A stretch of 64,000 nt of DNA from Macrostomum lignano (taxonomy: Eukaryota), in contig NIVC01000169.1 in assembly GCA_002269645.1 (NCBI GenBank), positions 310,001-374,000 on the forward strand, read 5' to 3'. This document shows, one piece after another, positions 51,501 to 61,428 of the stretch. The first letter of the stretch is position 1. The number at the start of each line of letters is the position of its first letter. The notes beneath the pieces were generated by a model. It had not been told where the DNA came from. It worked only from the letters and a program-made list of their open reading frames with translations, and searched no databases. Both the position numbers and the translations under genes were made by a program.

Positions 51501-52585
51501 CAAACAGGCACACGAAACAACATCGGAAGCAGCTTAACTCAGTCAAAGATAAAATTCTATAAACACCCCTAAAGAAACGTGTGCGCATCTTAGAAACTTT
51601 GTGAATATTCCAGATTGTGAATGTTCCAGATTGTGAATGTTCCAGATTGTGAATGTTCCAGATTGTGAATGTTCCAGATTGTGAATGTTCCAAATTGTGA
51701 ATGTTCCGAGTTGTTAATATTCCGGTTTGTGATATTCTGGTTTGTGAATATTCCGGTTTGTGAATATTTAATTTTCTAAAACTTCCGGTTTGTGAATATT
51801 CAAGATTGTGAATGTTCTGAGTCGTGAATATAATTCCGGTTTGTGAATATTCCGGTTTGTGAATATTTTGGTTTGTGAATATTCCAGTTTGTGAATATTC
51901 CGGTTTGTGAATATTTTGGTTTGTGAATATTCCAGTTTGTGAATATTCCAGTTTGTGAATCTTCCGAGTTGTGAATATTACGGTTTGTGATATTCCGGTT
52001 TGTGAAACTTCCGGTTTGTGAATATTCTGGTTTGTGATATTCCGGTTTGTGAAACTTCCGGTTTGTGATATTCCGGTTTGTGAAACTTCCGGTTTAGGAC
52101 ATTACCTTCAAATGTTTCAACTTTTCAGCAGCGTCAGGAGCTGCGACTCCGGCTACGGCGGCCCAGTCGCGTCCTGCACCGGGTCGTCTCGGTGCCCGAC
52201 TGCTTCCGGCAAGGCCAGCCAGTTAGGCTATCAGCAGCATCATCAGACTCTGGCTGGGGCAGCTTCATCGGGCGGTACAGCAGCCTCGGACTCGGGCGCC
52301 AGCTCGCCCGGCGGCCATCAGACGGTGCTCAGCCTGGCGACCTGCCCAGTGCACAGCGGATCGGTGACTCAGGCGGTTGGCTACGCCGGGGCCTGCTCCA
52401 CTCTGCTGCCCCTACCGCAGCTCAGAACGGCAGGCGTGGTCAAGTCTGTCAACTTCTCGCCGCCGCTGCCGCCGCCGCCTCAGCAGCAGAACACATTCGC
52501 CACTTTGTTGGCCAACAGACGCTTTCGGCAGCAGCCAGCCATCGCGGAAGATCCGGGCGCGGTGGTGGCCATCACGGAAGTCTGA
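33571..52585 (+). CDS. kirre: Kirre/Roughest/Neph1(KIRREL)/SYG-1-type Ig-superfamily adhesion receptor; join(33571-33649, 43010-43231, 44892-45291, 45566-45826, 46524-47159, 47473-47621, 48262-48387, 49201-49642, 52129-52585), 923 aa
   Basis: Hydrophobic leader exon, five Ig domains with C..W..(Y)xC signatures, one TM segment (AFIAGASIALLMVLIFVLVLVCVC-RRSR), low-complexity tail ending ITEV (class I PDZ ligand). All eight introns are GT-AG with matching phases; total 2772 nt. Orthology is inferred from architecture only. Confidence 0.8.
35840..36060. repeat. 14-bp minisatellite (AATCAGAGACAGGC)n
   Basis: Direct periodicity; begins at GCCAATCAG. Confidence 0.9.
37030..37135 (+). mobile_element. 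Short dispersed repeat, copy 1 of 3 (hammerhead-like core)
   Basis: GATTCACA..CATGA..GGGCCAACCCCC..GG..CAGAGAGT..ACATGCCTGACGATTAGAAAGTC..TGTACACCC shared with 47985-48115 and 49725-49840. Confidence 0.7.
37190..37495. repeat. 32-bp minisatellite (GTGACACAAGCGCGCAGACAATTTTGACGGCA)n
   Basis: Direct periodicity. Confidence 0.95.
37815..38095. repeat. 32-bp palindrome-rich minisatellite (CATTTGAAATGCGCGCTTGTTCCAGACGTCTG)n
   Basis: Direct periodicity. Confidence 0.95.
40110..40190. repeat. (TG)n microsatellite, interrupted
   Basis: Direct reading. Confidence 0.9.
42830..42905 (-). mobile_element. Diverged tRNA-derived SINE head / tRNA-like pseudogene
   Basis: Minus strand has B-box GGTTCGAACCC and ends GGGCCA; GGACTCTCGTACTTAAG resembles the GGACYCACGACTTGAAG of the other SINE copies; no proper cloverleaf. 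Confidence 0.45.
43330..43880. repeat. 39-bp minisatellite in kirre intron 2
   Basis: ttcttggct at 43501 and 43540. Confidence 0.95.
44615..44880. repeat. Degenerate ACAACCGCAACCTCC-based repeat abutting the exon 3 acceptor
   Basis: Direct reading. Confidence 0.8.
45355..45532. repeat. 21-bp minisatellite (TAGCTAGTGACTAGATCAATC)n in kirre intron 3
   Basis: Direct periodicity. Confidence 0.9.
46158..46266 (-). mobile_element. tRNA-derived SINE, minus-strand copy
   Basis: Reverse complement of copies at 49913 and 50854 (A box TGGTTAGAGCG, B-box region, TGTGTCTTTGAGCAAGACACTTAAC). Confidence 0.85.
47178..47432. repeat. 20-bp minisatellite (CTGGAGTTGGTGAATGCTAT)n in kirre intron 5
   Basis: Direct periodicity. 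Confidence 0.95.
47690..47965. repeat. 12-bp minisatellite (CACCTGATCTCM)n in kirre intron 6
   Basis: Direct periodicity. Confidence 0.95.
47985..48115 (+). mobile_element. Short dispersed repeat, copy 2 of 3 (hammerhead-like core)
   Basis: CTGACGA-TTC-GAAA at 48073-48086; similar to copies at 37030 and 49725. Confidence 0.7.
48540..49030. repeat. 19/20-bp minisatellite (GGGTGTGAACTGGGACACTG)n in kirre intron 7
   Basis: Direct periodicity with degenerate flanks. Confidence 0.9.
49725..49840 (+). mobile_element. Short dispersed repeat, copy 3 of 3
   Basis: CTGACGA-TTA-GACA at 49806-49819; similar to copies 1 and 2. Confidence 0.7.
49913..50022 (+). mobile_element. tRNA-derived SINE with CORE-like central domain
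   Basis: A box TGGTTAGAGCG, B box GGTTCGATTC, then TGTGTCCTTGAGCAAGGCACTTAAC resembling the CORE/MIR motif TGTGTGACCTTGGGCAAGTCACTTAAC; another conserved-domain SINE superfamily is not excluded. Confidence 0.85.
50854..50963 (+). mobile_element. tRNA-derived SINE, second plus-strand copy
   Basis: Closely similar to 49913-50022. Confidence 0.85.
51600..52095. repeat. 16-bp minisatellite (TTGTGAATATTCCRGW)n before the last kirre exon
   Basis: Direct periodicity, degenerate. Confidence 0.9.
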
Positions 52586-52589
52586 CTTT

Positions 52590-53100
52590 AGTTAGCTAGA
52601 CACAAACTGAGGTAGCTAGACGCAATCTGAGGTATCTAGACACAAGCTGACGTAGGTAGACACAAATTGGGGTAGCTAGACACAATATGAGGTAGCTAGA
52701 CACAAACTGGGGCAGCTAGACACAAACTGAGGTAGCTAGACACAAACTAGGGTAGCTAGACACAAACTGGGGTAGCTGGACACAAACTGGGGTAGCTAGA
52801 CTCAAACTGAGGTAGTTAGACACAAACTGAGGTAGCTAGACACAAACTGAGGTAGCTAGACACAAACTGAGGTAGCTTTACACAAGCTGACGTAGGTAGA
52901 CACAAATTGGGGTAGCTAGACACAAACTGAGGTAGCTAGACACAAACTGGGGTAGCTAGACACAAACTGGGGTAGCTAGACACAAACTGAGGCAGTTAGA
53001 CACAAACTGAGGTAGCTAGACACAAACTGGGGTAGCTAGACACAAACTGAGGTAGCTAGACACAAACTGGGGTAGCTAGACACAAACTGGGGTAGCTAGT
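52590..53100. repeat. 20-bp minisatellite (GGTAGCTAGACACAAACTGR)n, block 1, immediately after the kirre stop
   Basis: Direct periodicity. Confidence 0.95.
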
Positions 53101-53724
53101 AGACACGATAGTGGCATAGTTAGTACAGATACATGTAATATAGCCAATACTGCACTTTATAACGATAAATGCACAACCAATTTGAGCATAATTTTCTCAC
53201 AAAATTCTAGAATTCATTGTTTACTATTAATAATTTTTGTATAATATTAATAATTATTCGTAAATTATTTTCAAAATATTTCTCGCCCGATTTAATCCTG
53301 AATTCAAAGCAACATAAACAGTTAAGTTTTCATCAAAGCCATTAATTTATTATTGCGTTTGCCCTTCAGATCTCATTAATTAAAACAAATAAGATTTTAG
53401 ATATATTTATAGACTTTCTAGATATTGTCAGTATGCACTTATGCCACTACAGCAAACTTTCAGTATTCATATATTACTTAAACATGTGAATTCAGTGTGT
53501 TGCTGTATAGTATGTATTCTGTTCATTCTATTTTTCTGCTACCATAATAATTAAAACAATTTCGCCCGATCACCTGCTTCTGCCCGATGAGTCATTTGTG
53601 AATACTGTTGCAACAAAAATATCTGCATATTTTACAAGTGCAAATCTGTCGCCAGCATTGCGAACTAACCTTTTTAGCAGATATTTATCACCAGGAAAAT
53701 ATATTTAATAAGAGACAGAATTGG

Positions 53725-54350
53725 CTAGACACAAACTGGGGTAGCTGGACACAAACTGAGGCAGCTAGACACAAACTGAGGTAGCTAGACACAAGCTGGG
53801 ATAGTTAGACACAAATTGGGGTAGCTAGACACAATCTGAGGTATCTAGACACAAACTGAGGGAGCTAGACACAAACTGGGGTAGCTGGACACAAACTGAG
53901 AGAGCTAGACACAAACTGGGGTAGCTAGACACAAACTGGGGTAGCTGGACACAAACTGAGAGAGCTAGACACAAACTGGGGTAGCTAGACACAAACTGGG
54001 GTAGCTGGATACAAACTGGGGTAGCTAGACACAAACTGAGGTAGCTAGACACAAACGGAGGTAGCTAGACACAAACTGGGGTAGCTAGACACAAACTGAG
54101 GTAGCTAGACACAAACGGAGGTAGCTAGACACAAACTAGGGTAGCTGGACACAAACTGAGGTAGCTAGACACAAACCGGGGTAGCTGGACACAAACTGGG
54201 GTAGCTAGACACAATCTGAGGTATCTAGACATAAACTGGGGTAGCTAGGCACAAACTGAGGTAGCTAGACACAAACTGGTGTAGCTGGACACAAACAGAG
54301 GTAGCTAGACACAAACTGGGGTAGCTGGACACAAACAGAGGTGAACACAA
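53725..54350. repeat. Same 20-bp minisatellite, block 2
   Basis: Same unit as 52590-53100. Confidence 0.95.
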
Positions 54351-54807
54351 ATTGGGCTGGTAGACAATGTGAGGTACATGTACATGTAGAAATCTTAAAT
54401 CTCAAACCCAGTCAGGAGAATATCTTCGCTCTCCTCAATTCTCCAAGGAGTTGGAGGCAAGGTAAAACAGGGGAGAATTTCCTGAGCACATCCTCTTGAA
54501 ATTTGACCTTGACAAATGGAAACTGAGAGTACATGACCATATCAAATGAATAAGCATTGACAGTCACAGCTTTCTACTGCATAGCACGCAGCTCTCACTG
54601 TAGGATATTGATTTAAAGATTTCTCTAGCTTTGGCACTTTTTTGTCTAGAGCTCATTTCCTACTCTGCGCGTCAATGCTATGGGATTATCAGATGCATGG
54701 ATTTCGGATTATATTGACGAGCAGTTGCGAGGGTCTGGTGGCCCGGGGCGGCCAAAGCCTGCAGTCAGTTGCGCCTAAAGAGGGAATGACTTCAGGGAAC
54801 TTTTATG

Positions 54808-55503
54808 TCCCCTCACCGATGCTTCAGTGAGCGGCTCCTATTCCCTCACCGATGCTTCAGTGAGCGGCTCCTATTCCCTCACCGATGCTTCAGTGAGCGG
54901 CTCCTATTCCCTCACCGATGCTTCAGTGAGCGGCTCCTATTCCCTCACCGATGCTTCAGTGAGCGGCTCCTATTCCCTCACCGATGCTTCAGTGAGCGGC
55001 TCCTATTCCCTCACCGATGCTTCAGTGAGCGGCTCCTATTCCCTCACCGATGCTTCAGTGAGCGGCTCCTATTCCCTCACCGATGCTTCAGTGAGCGGCT
55101 CCTATTCCCTCACCGATGCTTCAGTGAGCGGCTCCTATTCCCTCACCGATGCTTCAGTGAGCGGCTCCTATTCCCTCACCGATGCTTCAGTGAGCGGCTC
55201 CTATTCCCTCACCGATGCTTCAGTGAGCGGCTCCTATTCCCTCACCGATGCTTCAGTGAGCGGCTCTTATTCCCTCACCGATGCTTCAGTGAGCGGCTCT
55301 TATTCCCTCACCGATGCTTCAGTGAGCGGCTCCTATTCCCTCACCGATGCTTCAGTGAGCGGCTCCTATTCCCTCACCGATGCTTCAGTGAGCGGCTCCT
55401 ATTCCCTCACCGATGCTTCAGTGAGCGGCTCCTATTCCCTCACCGATGCTTCAGTGAGCGGCTCCTATTCCCTCACCGATGCTTCAGTGAGCGGCTCCTA
55501 CCC
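54808..55503. repeat. Near-perfect 33-bp minisatellite (CCCTCACCGATGCTTCAGTGAGCGGCTCCTATT) x about 21
   Basis: Direct periodicity; no spacers. Confidence 0.97.
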
Positions 55504-56587
55504 CTCTCACTGATCCTTCAGTTAACAGATAGCCTGTTTTTTGAAAGTAAAATAACCTAACAATATTTATTACACCTGCTGTGATCGTGTCTATATTGAT
55601 ATAGGCTATAGGTCTCCATAAGCAATCTCTATATAATCTATCAGTATCCAGGGAATCGCAGGCTGCTTGTTATACGTGAGCCGTGGAAAATACAATTTAG
55701 AAAACGCATTAGCTATGCATAATGGCAAGCAGTTCACTTTCATTGTAATTTACTCGCAAAGCTCTTCTCGTCCTAGATGGCAGGCTCTATGTGTTGCAGA
55801 TTCTGAGTAGGGAATACAATTCTATTCAAAAATGGAAAGTCATATGGCTAATGAATTCAGGATGCCTTCACAGCTTCAGAAAAATAATTATTTTACTCTC
55901 ACCTCCAACCAAGCAGCTCAGCATTTTTCTCGGGGCGCGCACTGGCATGGATTTTCGATGATTGCCAGCACAATGCAGTAACCCATCTCTCGGTATGACA
56001 GAGTATATAGCTTCTATAGGCTAGCTTTCAGTTTAGCTGCTGACAGAAGAATCAATGCCAATTTGCATCAAGCTTTTGGATACGACAGATAGGGGTTCCA
56101 GACTTATGCTATTTTAATTTTTAATCACGCGTACTCGAGCATGGGTATACATGTACTACACCTTGCAGAGCCTGCAGACTGAGAAGCAGAGTTTAATTGA
56201 ACAGGATTCCTTTGACTATTTCCCTTGATATGGTCCTGTGCGCAGACGAGTTACCGGCAATCTCGGAGTGTGCATCTGATTATGCACGAACAAGACATTG
56301 AGTTCCTTAGGCAGTCCATAGTGGTTACGAGTAGCTTCTCAGTAGTATGTATTGATAGGGAACTTTCCAAAGCTCCCCTAAGGGAGTCAGGAAGCTGGGC
56401 CTACTCTTCGAACAACCAAGGAGACGAGGAATAAACTGCGATATAGCAGACTAAATTGTTCAGTTCACAATTGTTCAGAGTTCTTATTTTGTTATATGCG
56501 TCGTCTATATAGCACATGCAATAGATAACGTGTTTAACAAATCAGTTCGCACGTGCAGGACGCGGACGGGACGGAACGGATATCGAG

Positions 56588-57112
56588 TCACTCGTCAAAA
56601 CGCTTGAACCGGTCAGGCCTAGCGTCAAAGTACGAGCCCGTCCGGTAGAACCGTCGAAACCGATTTGCCTGCTTGAAACCGAACAGTCGCTTGGCGTCGC
56701 GTCGTCGAAATCGGTCCAGCGGAGTGCCGAACAGACGCTTGTACCTGTCAGGAGTGCCGAACAGACGCTTGTACCTGTCAGGAGTGCCGAACAGACGCTT
56801 GTACCTGTCAGGAGTGCCGAACAGACGCTTGTACCTGTCAGGAGTGCCGAACAGACGCTTGTACCTGTCAGGAGTGCCGAACAGACGCTTGTACCTGTCA
56901 GGAGTGCCGAACAGACGCTTGTACCTGTCCGGACTTCCGAACAGAGACCGGCTGACAGACCAGTCACTGACGACACCGTTGTCCGTCTCGGCGAAGCCAT
57001 CCTCGCCGCGCAGAGGCTGCCCGTCGGAAAGTGAAGCAAAGACTGTCATAGCCAAAAGCAGCGCGACCAGGAGGCGCCCGGCCTGGCCCAGTGAGACAAC
57101 TTTGCTGCGCAT
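56588..57112 (-). CDS. Neuropeptide precursor (prohormone), 174 aa, with tandem LFGTPDRY peptides
   Basis: ATG at 57112, 8 nt after an acceptor-like ctctccag; signal-like RLLVALLLAMTVFASLSDG; acidic spacer; peptides separated by KR/RR/RRR: (S)LFGSPDRY, 6x LFGTPDRY, LFGTPLDRF, LFGFKQANRF, FYRTGSYFDARPDRF, FDE. Confidence 0.9.
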   Translation of the reverse strand: MRSKVVSLGQAGRLLVALLLAMTVFASLSDGQPLRGEDGFAETDNGVVSDWSVSRSLFGSPDRYKRLFGTPDRYKRLFGTPDRYKRLFGTPDRYKRLFGTPDRYKRLFGTPDRYKRLFGTPDRYKRLFGTPLDRFRRRDAKRLFGFKQANRFRRFYRTGSYFDARPDRFKRFDE

Positions 57113-59869
57113 CGGCAAAACTGGAGAGGACTAGGCTGGTTAGATTTATCGAAGCAAAATTTATCTGCCAAGACTTGGTAACATCGGTAAGATTTCCTGT
57201 AGCGGACGGCGCTTATATAATAGCGGATGATCGTCCGTTCACTAGCTCTTTCGTGCACCAATCCGGGGAGGCCTTAGCCAACAAGGCCGTGCAGTGTGAC
57301 GTCTATCGGGAAGGAATCGAGGCGTCCTATTGAAAGAGCGCTCCACTGCATGCGAGTGATGAAATTGCAAATCTTTGTGAGACCCAGCGGCTTGTACCGG
57401 GATGTGCGCTTTAATGTTTCCTCACATAGGATAAAGAAATAGGTAACTTTTTTCCACGATAGCTACAGCTTCTGACGCATAAGAAGGCAATGCGCATCGA
57501 GTAATAGAAAATATATCGGAATGCGAGCTGGCCGCCTCTCCTTTGACTTTCGTATCCATCTCCCTCGGGCGCCAAGGTAATAAAGCGCCTATAGCGGATA
57601 CAAAGCTGTATTTTTGCAGATAAAAAAACGTGCCAATGACTGTAGAGATGCGATAGCGAGGTAATATTGCAGCATAAATTACTCAACCGATTGGACACGA
57701 ACTACTCAAATTTGCAAACTACCGATTTATTTGCATACAGCTACATGGATTCCGGGCCATGCGTCATGCTATTGCCGTTCTAAGGAAACGTTGGAGACAC
57801 ATTTATTAAATGTAGTTTAGTCAAGCTAAGCTAAATTCAATCCTTCAATAATGGCATTCTGATTTGCTACAAAGAACTCTGTAACCATTTCAGTCAGCCG
57901 TCATACGCAGCCGGCACTGCGCATTTCAATTAGGTAAATGAGTAGGCAAGAGCAATTTTTGCAGGGGAAAGCGTTTTAAACAAAATTCAAAGGTTTCGAG
58001 TGGCTCGCAGGTAGATGAAAAAGCCCAACTCGCTGGGACAGGGAACCGAAGATTTGGTTCAGATTTTGCGAGGAGAAATCTATCCAATAGACCACAAGCT
58101 GTTGTACTTACATCTAATATCCATTCGCAGATCGGGAAAGACCAGACTGTTGTGGTATTGTATAAAACACTTGGGGCAATAATTCAAAATAAAAGCAATA
58201 CAAGCCATATACCTATAAGACCTGCTGCTTCCCATTCCCAACCAGATGGGATCTTGTAAGTCCCAGCACGGGTCTCGCTCATATTTTTGCTCCCTTGGGA
58301 AGAGCTCTGCAGCGGGATTGGGGCAGATCAAGCCGCTCTAATGAATACGAGCTAAAATCTGTGTGCTAAAACAAGTGCTCAGAGCGGCGGGAGAATGAAG
58401 CGAAGAGAAAGAGGGAATTAAAAATTTAGCAATAAGACCACCCATGCAAAGAGTTTTAATTCCAGGCATCGATTAAATCCCATTGGCTTTGTGGTCGCGC
58501 ATGCAAGGCGAACAACATTGGCGATTTGTCAAACTTGCTGCATACATTATATACAGCTCGTTGCATTCCTAAATTTTTACTTTGAGATAGCCAACTGCTA
58601 TGACAACAGCTCGTTAAGACGCACACAGCCAGGCATGCGGCAGAAATCCCGACAAAAAGTATTTGCTTAAAAAAGCCAAACAAAGAACCACCACAGCTCA
58701 AGCAGCATTGACAGAGTGTGCCCGAGCATTGATGTAAGCAACAGCTCCAATGGAAAATTTCTGTGCGGAATTTGATACAGCATGCGACTATATACAGGTT
58801 CTAGAGAGGTGCAATTCATGCTTGGCTTTTCCACCCGCTTTAGACAATGCCAGCTATTCAACACTTTAAAGCTGGAGCACTAGGATTTCAATTGCCCCCC
58901 CCCCCCTACTTCACAGGCTTGATTAGATTGAAAGGCAAATCGTCATAAAAATCGTTGGCTTCTCAAATTTTTCATTTCGCACGGCTAGCTTCGTGCGAGG
59001 AGGGAGAATCGGGAGATCAAATTAGCAGCTTAGCATTTCCAAAAGATCAATAATCATCGCCTTCTTAAATATGGAAAGAACTATAATATTCCCCTTTACA
59101 TGAACTCACTTTTAACAAATTGATCTTATTTTAAATGCAACTGGGCACCTTGCTGCAAAATTTGCAACGGAGCTTTGAGAGCCAGTGCGCCCTGGCTTCA
59201 CATGATTTGCTTTCTTCATCAACAAAAATTCGGCCCAATGCCAGCCAACCGACACGCTTCTAGTTATAAATATAACCGACCTTATCTGGCGCGCTTTTGA
59301 CGCCAACATCTTGTTTTGATGCAAAGTATTGCATTACAATCGCTACAAGTTTATATTTCAAATTTCCCTAAGAAAAATAAAGGAATGAAGTCGATTTTTT
59401 TCGCTTTCGATTTTACGCATGTTGATCAAACGTCAAAAAGCAAACGTAGATACACGTATATTTTAAAATACGCTATCCATGAGACTGCTACTAGAAGTAG
59501 AAATAAAAGCAAATTTGAATGCTCAATATTTCATTAAATAAACTGACGGAGAAAGCTACATAAGTTCAGACAAGTGAATGAGTCGAACAAACAAACGTAT
59601 AAAATAACAAACACGCACTCACTGATGATAAGTGCATGCCTAATTAAATGTGCATGTAATTATATCCTGGCTGCACTGAAAATACATTTAACGCGAGACC
59701 GGGACTTAGAGGAAGGCATCTAAAGCACAGAATAGAATACAAGTAGCTGATCATCAATGCAAACTTTTGGGCAAGTATGCACATCTAGTATCATAGCAGA
59801 ATAGCATGGCTTTCGTGCTTAAGCATTGCATATATTACATGGCGCCATATACCATGGCGCTGGCGGAGT

Positions 59870-60215
59870 ATGTAGGGGCGGATAGAGTATTTAATGGCGG
59901 ATAGAGTATCAAGGGGCGGATGGAGTATTGAGGGCGCGGACGGAGTATTTAGGGGCGGATAGAGTATCAAGGGGGCGGATAGAGAATAAAGGGGGCAGGT
60001 GGAGTACCAGGTGGTGCGGATAGAGTATTTAGGGGTGGATAGAGTATCAAGGGGACGGGTGGAGTATTTAGGGGCAGATGGAGTGTAAAGGGGTGGGTGA
60101 GTATAAGGTAGGGCGGATGGAGCATAAAGGGGGCGGATAGAGTATCAAGGGGGCGGATAGAGTATTTAGGGGTGGATAGAGTATCAAGGGGGCGGGTGGA
60201 GTGCCAAGGTGCGAT
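59870..60215. repeat. Degenerate 20-22-bp repeat (GGGGCGGATAGAGTATYWA)n
   Basis: Direct reading. Confidence 0.8.
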
Positions 60216-60439
60216 GGATCATAAATCGATAACTTCAGCAAGCACTAGAATGTATTAAATCTAATTATTTAAATTGCTACATAGAAGCTAGGTCCCATTA
60301 GAAGACAAGTTAACAATCTGCAATCGCGCCTGGATGCACACTGCACCGTAATAATCTAGCGGGTGCCGATCGTAGGCCATCCACCACCTGCACTCTCCGG
60401 AGGGGGACCGCGCTGCGGACACCAGCATCACAGAATCAC

Positions 60440-60516
60440 GCAATATATATAGCCGAATGGGTGTCGACGCCTCCTCGCTGATGCCCGGAGCCCCTGCAGC
60501 TAAGTCAAGCAAGTCA
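60440..60516 (+). mobile_element. Second, diverged 3' stub of the retroelement family at 12863-12980; 5' boundary uncertain
   Basis: TAGCCGAATGGGTGTCGACGCCTCCTCGCTG matches TAGCAGAATGGGCGCCCGCGCCTTCCCGCTG; shared end CCCTGCAGCTAAGTCAAGYAAGTCA; no TSD found. Confidence 0.65.
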
Positions 60517-61428
60517 ATCGTTGGCTATGGAAGCAACATCCGGCGCGTCAGACGTCGTAGGCGTCGGTGACGGCTCAGACATTGGCGATGGTGGCGGCAT
60601 CGCCGCCTCGGTGTCAACCTTGGCAGCTTCTGGCGAATAATCTAAATTTTCTTTTTTACTACTATTAGTACTGGAATAGCCAGCCAGATGAAAATAGCAC
60701 CGAGTTCGATCGCTAAGCTGAAACGAATTAAACTTGCAACCGTCGTATTCGTCTTTGAGAGTCTCGCGGACGCTGTCAAGCACTAATACTAGTCTGTAGC
60801 GCCGGACCAACTGCGGCCAGAGCTGCGGATCCATCAGTGCCGTATTGGCAAAGCTAAATACAATCATATCGGCCGGCGGCAGATAGGCCTCGTGGCCAAT
60901 ATCTTTAAATCGGAGCGGTTTGAACCACAACGAGGAGCCAGTATTGACTAGATGCGCGTCCAACGCGGACACGTAGTCGGCCCAGCTGTCGCACTGGTCA
61001 ATCATGTAGAATACAATGCGCTGCTGCTCTTGCAGTTCGGCTTTTTCTTGCTCCTGTTGCTGCTGCTGCTGCGGCAAGCCGCAACCAAGAAAGGCTAACA
61101 GGCCAATGGCATCGGAGCCGGGACCGCAGCCAATGCTGATAACGTGCCTAACAGAGCGTAGAAAATCCATGAATTCGGGCACGTCGGCGCATATCCGATC
61201 GGCAGCCTGGATGTAAGACCTGGCGGATATTGCTAGCCGGTTAATACAATAGGAGGCTCGAAAGAATTCATTCTGATAGCTGGCCATGAAGCACTCTTTG
61301 CGGGTTCGACGGCACCAATGATCGTATAGACGCTCGCCAGATTTATTCAAGTCTTTGCTTAGCACCTTGTTGGCGTGCTCAATCAGTGGCTTTGATAGCC
61401 AGGCTAGGTAAGAATCACGACTGCTCAT
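60514..61428 (-). CDS. Intronless class I SAM-dependent methyltransferase-like protein, 304 aa
   Basis: Non-repetitive ORF; motif I VISIGCGPGSD, acidic end of beta-2 (FYMID), motif IV-like ADMIVFSF; polyQ insert; P/S/T-rich tail. Substrate unknown. Confidence 0.75.
   Translation of the reverse strand: MSSRDSYLAWLSKPLIEHANKVLSKDLNKSGERLYDHWCRRTRKECFMASYQNEFFRASYCINRLAISARSYIQAADRICADVPEFMDFLRSVRHVISIGCGPGSDAIGLLAFLGCGLPQQQQQQEQEKAELQEQQRIVFYMIDQCDSWADYVSALDAHLVNTGSSLWFKPLRFKDIGHEAYLPPADMIVFSFANTALMDPQLWPQLVRRYRLVLVLDSVRETLKDEYDGCKFNSFQLSDRTRCYFHLAGYSSTNSSKKENLDYSPEAAKVDTEAAMPPPSPMSEPSPTPTTSDAPDVASIAND

Noticed and set aside
54808-55503. CRISPR array
   Set aside because: Units are contiguous with no spacers, no cas genes, eukaryotic context.
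56542-57134. Alternative-frame ORFs over the neuropeptide gene (SVCSALLTGT; VPNRRLYLSG)
   Set aside because: Shadows of the 30-bp coding repeat; only the KR-punctuated frame has a signal peptide and coherent processing sites.
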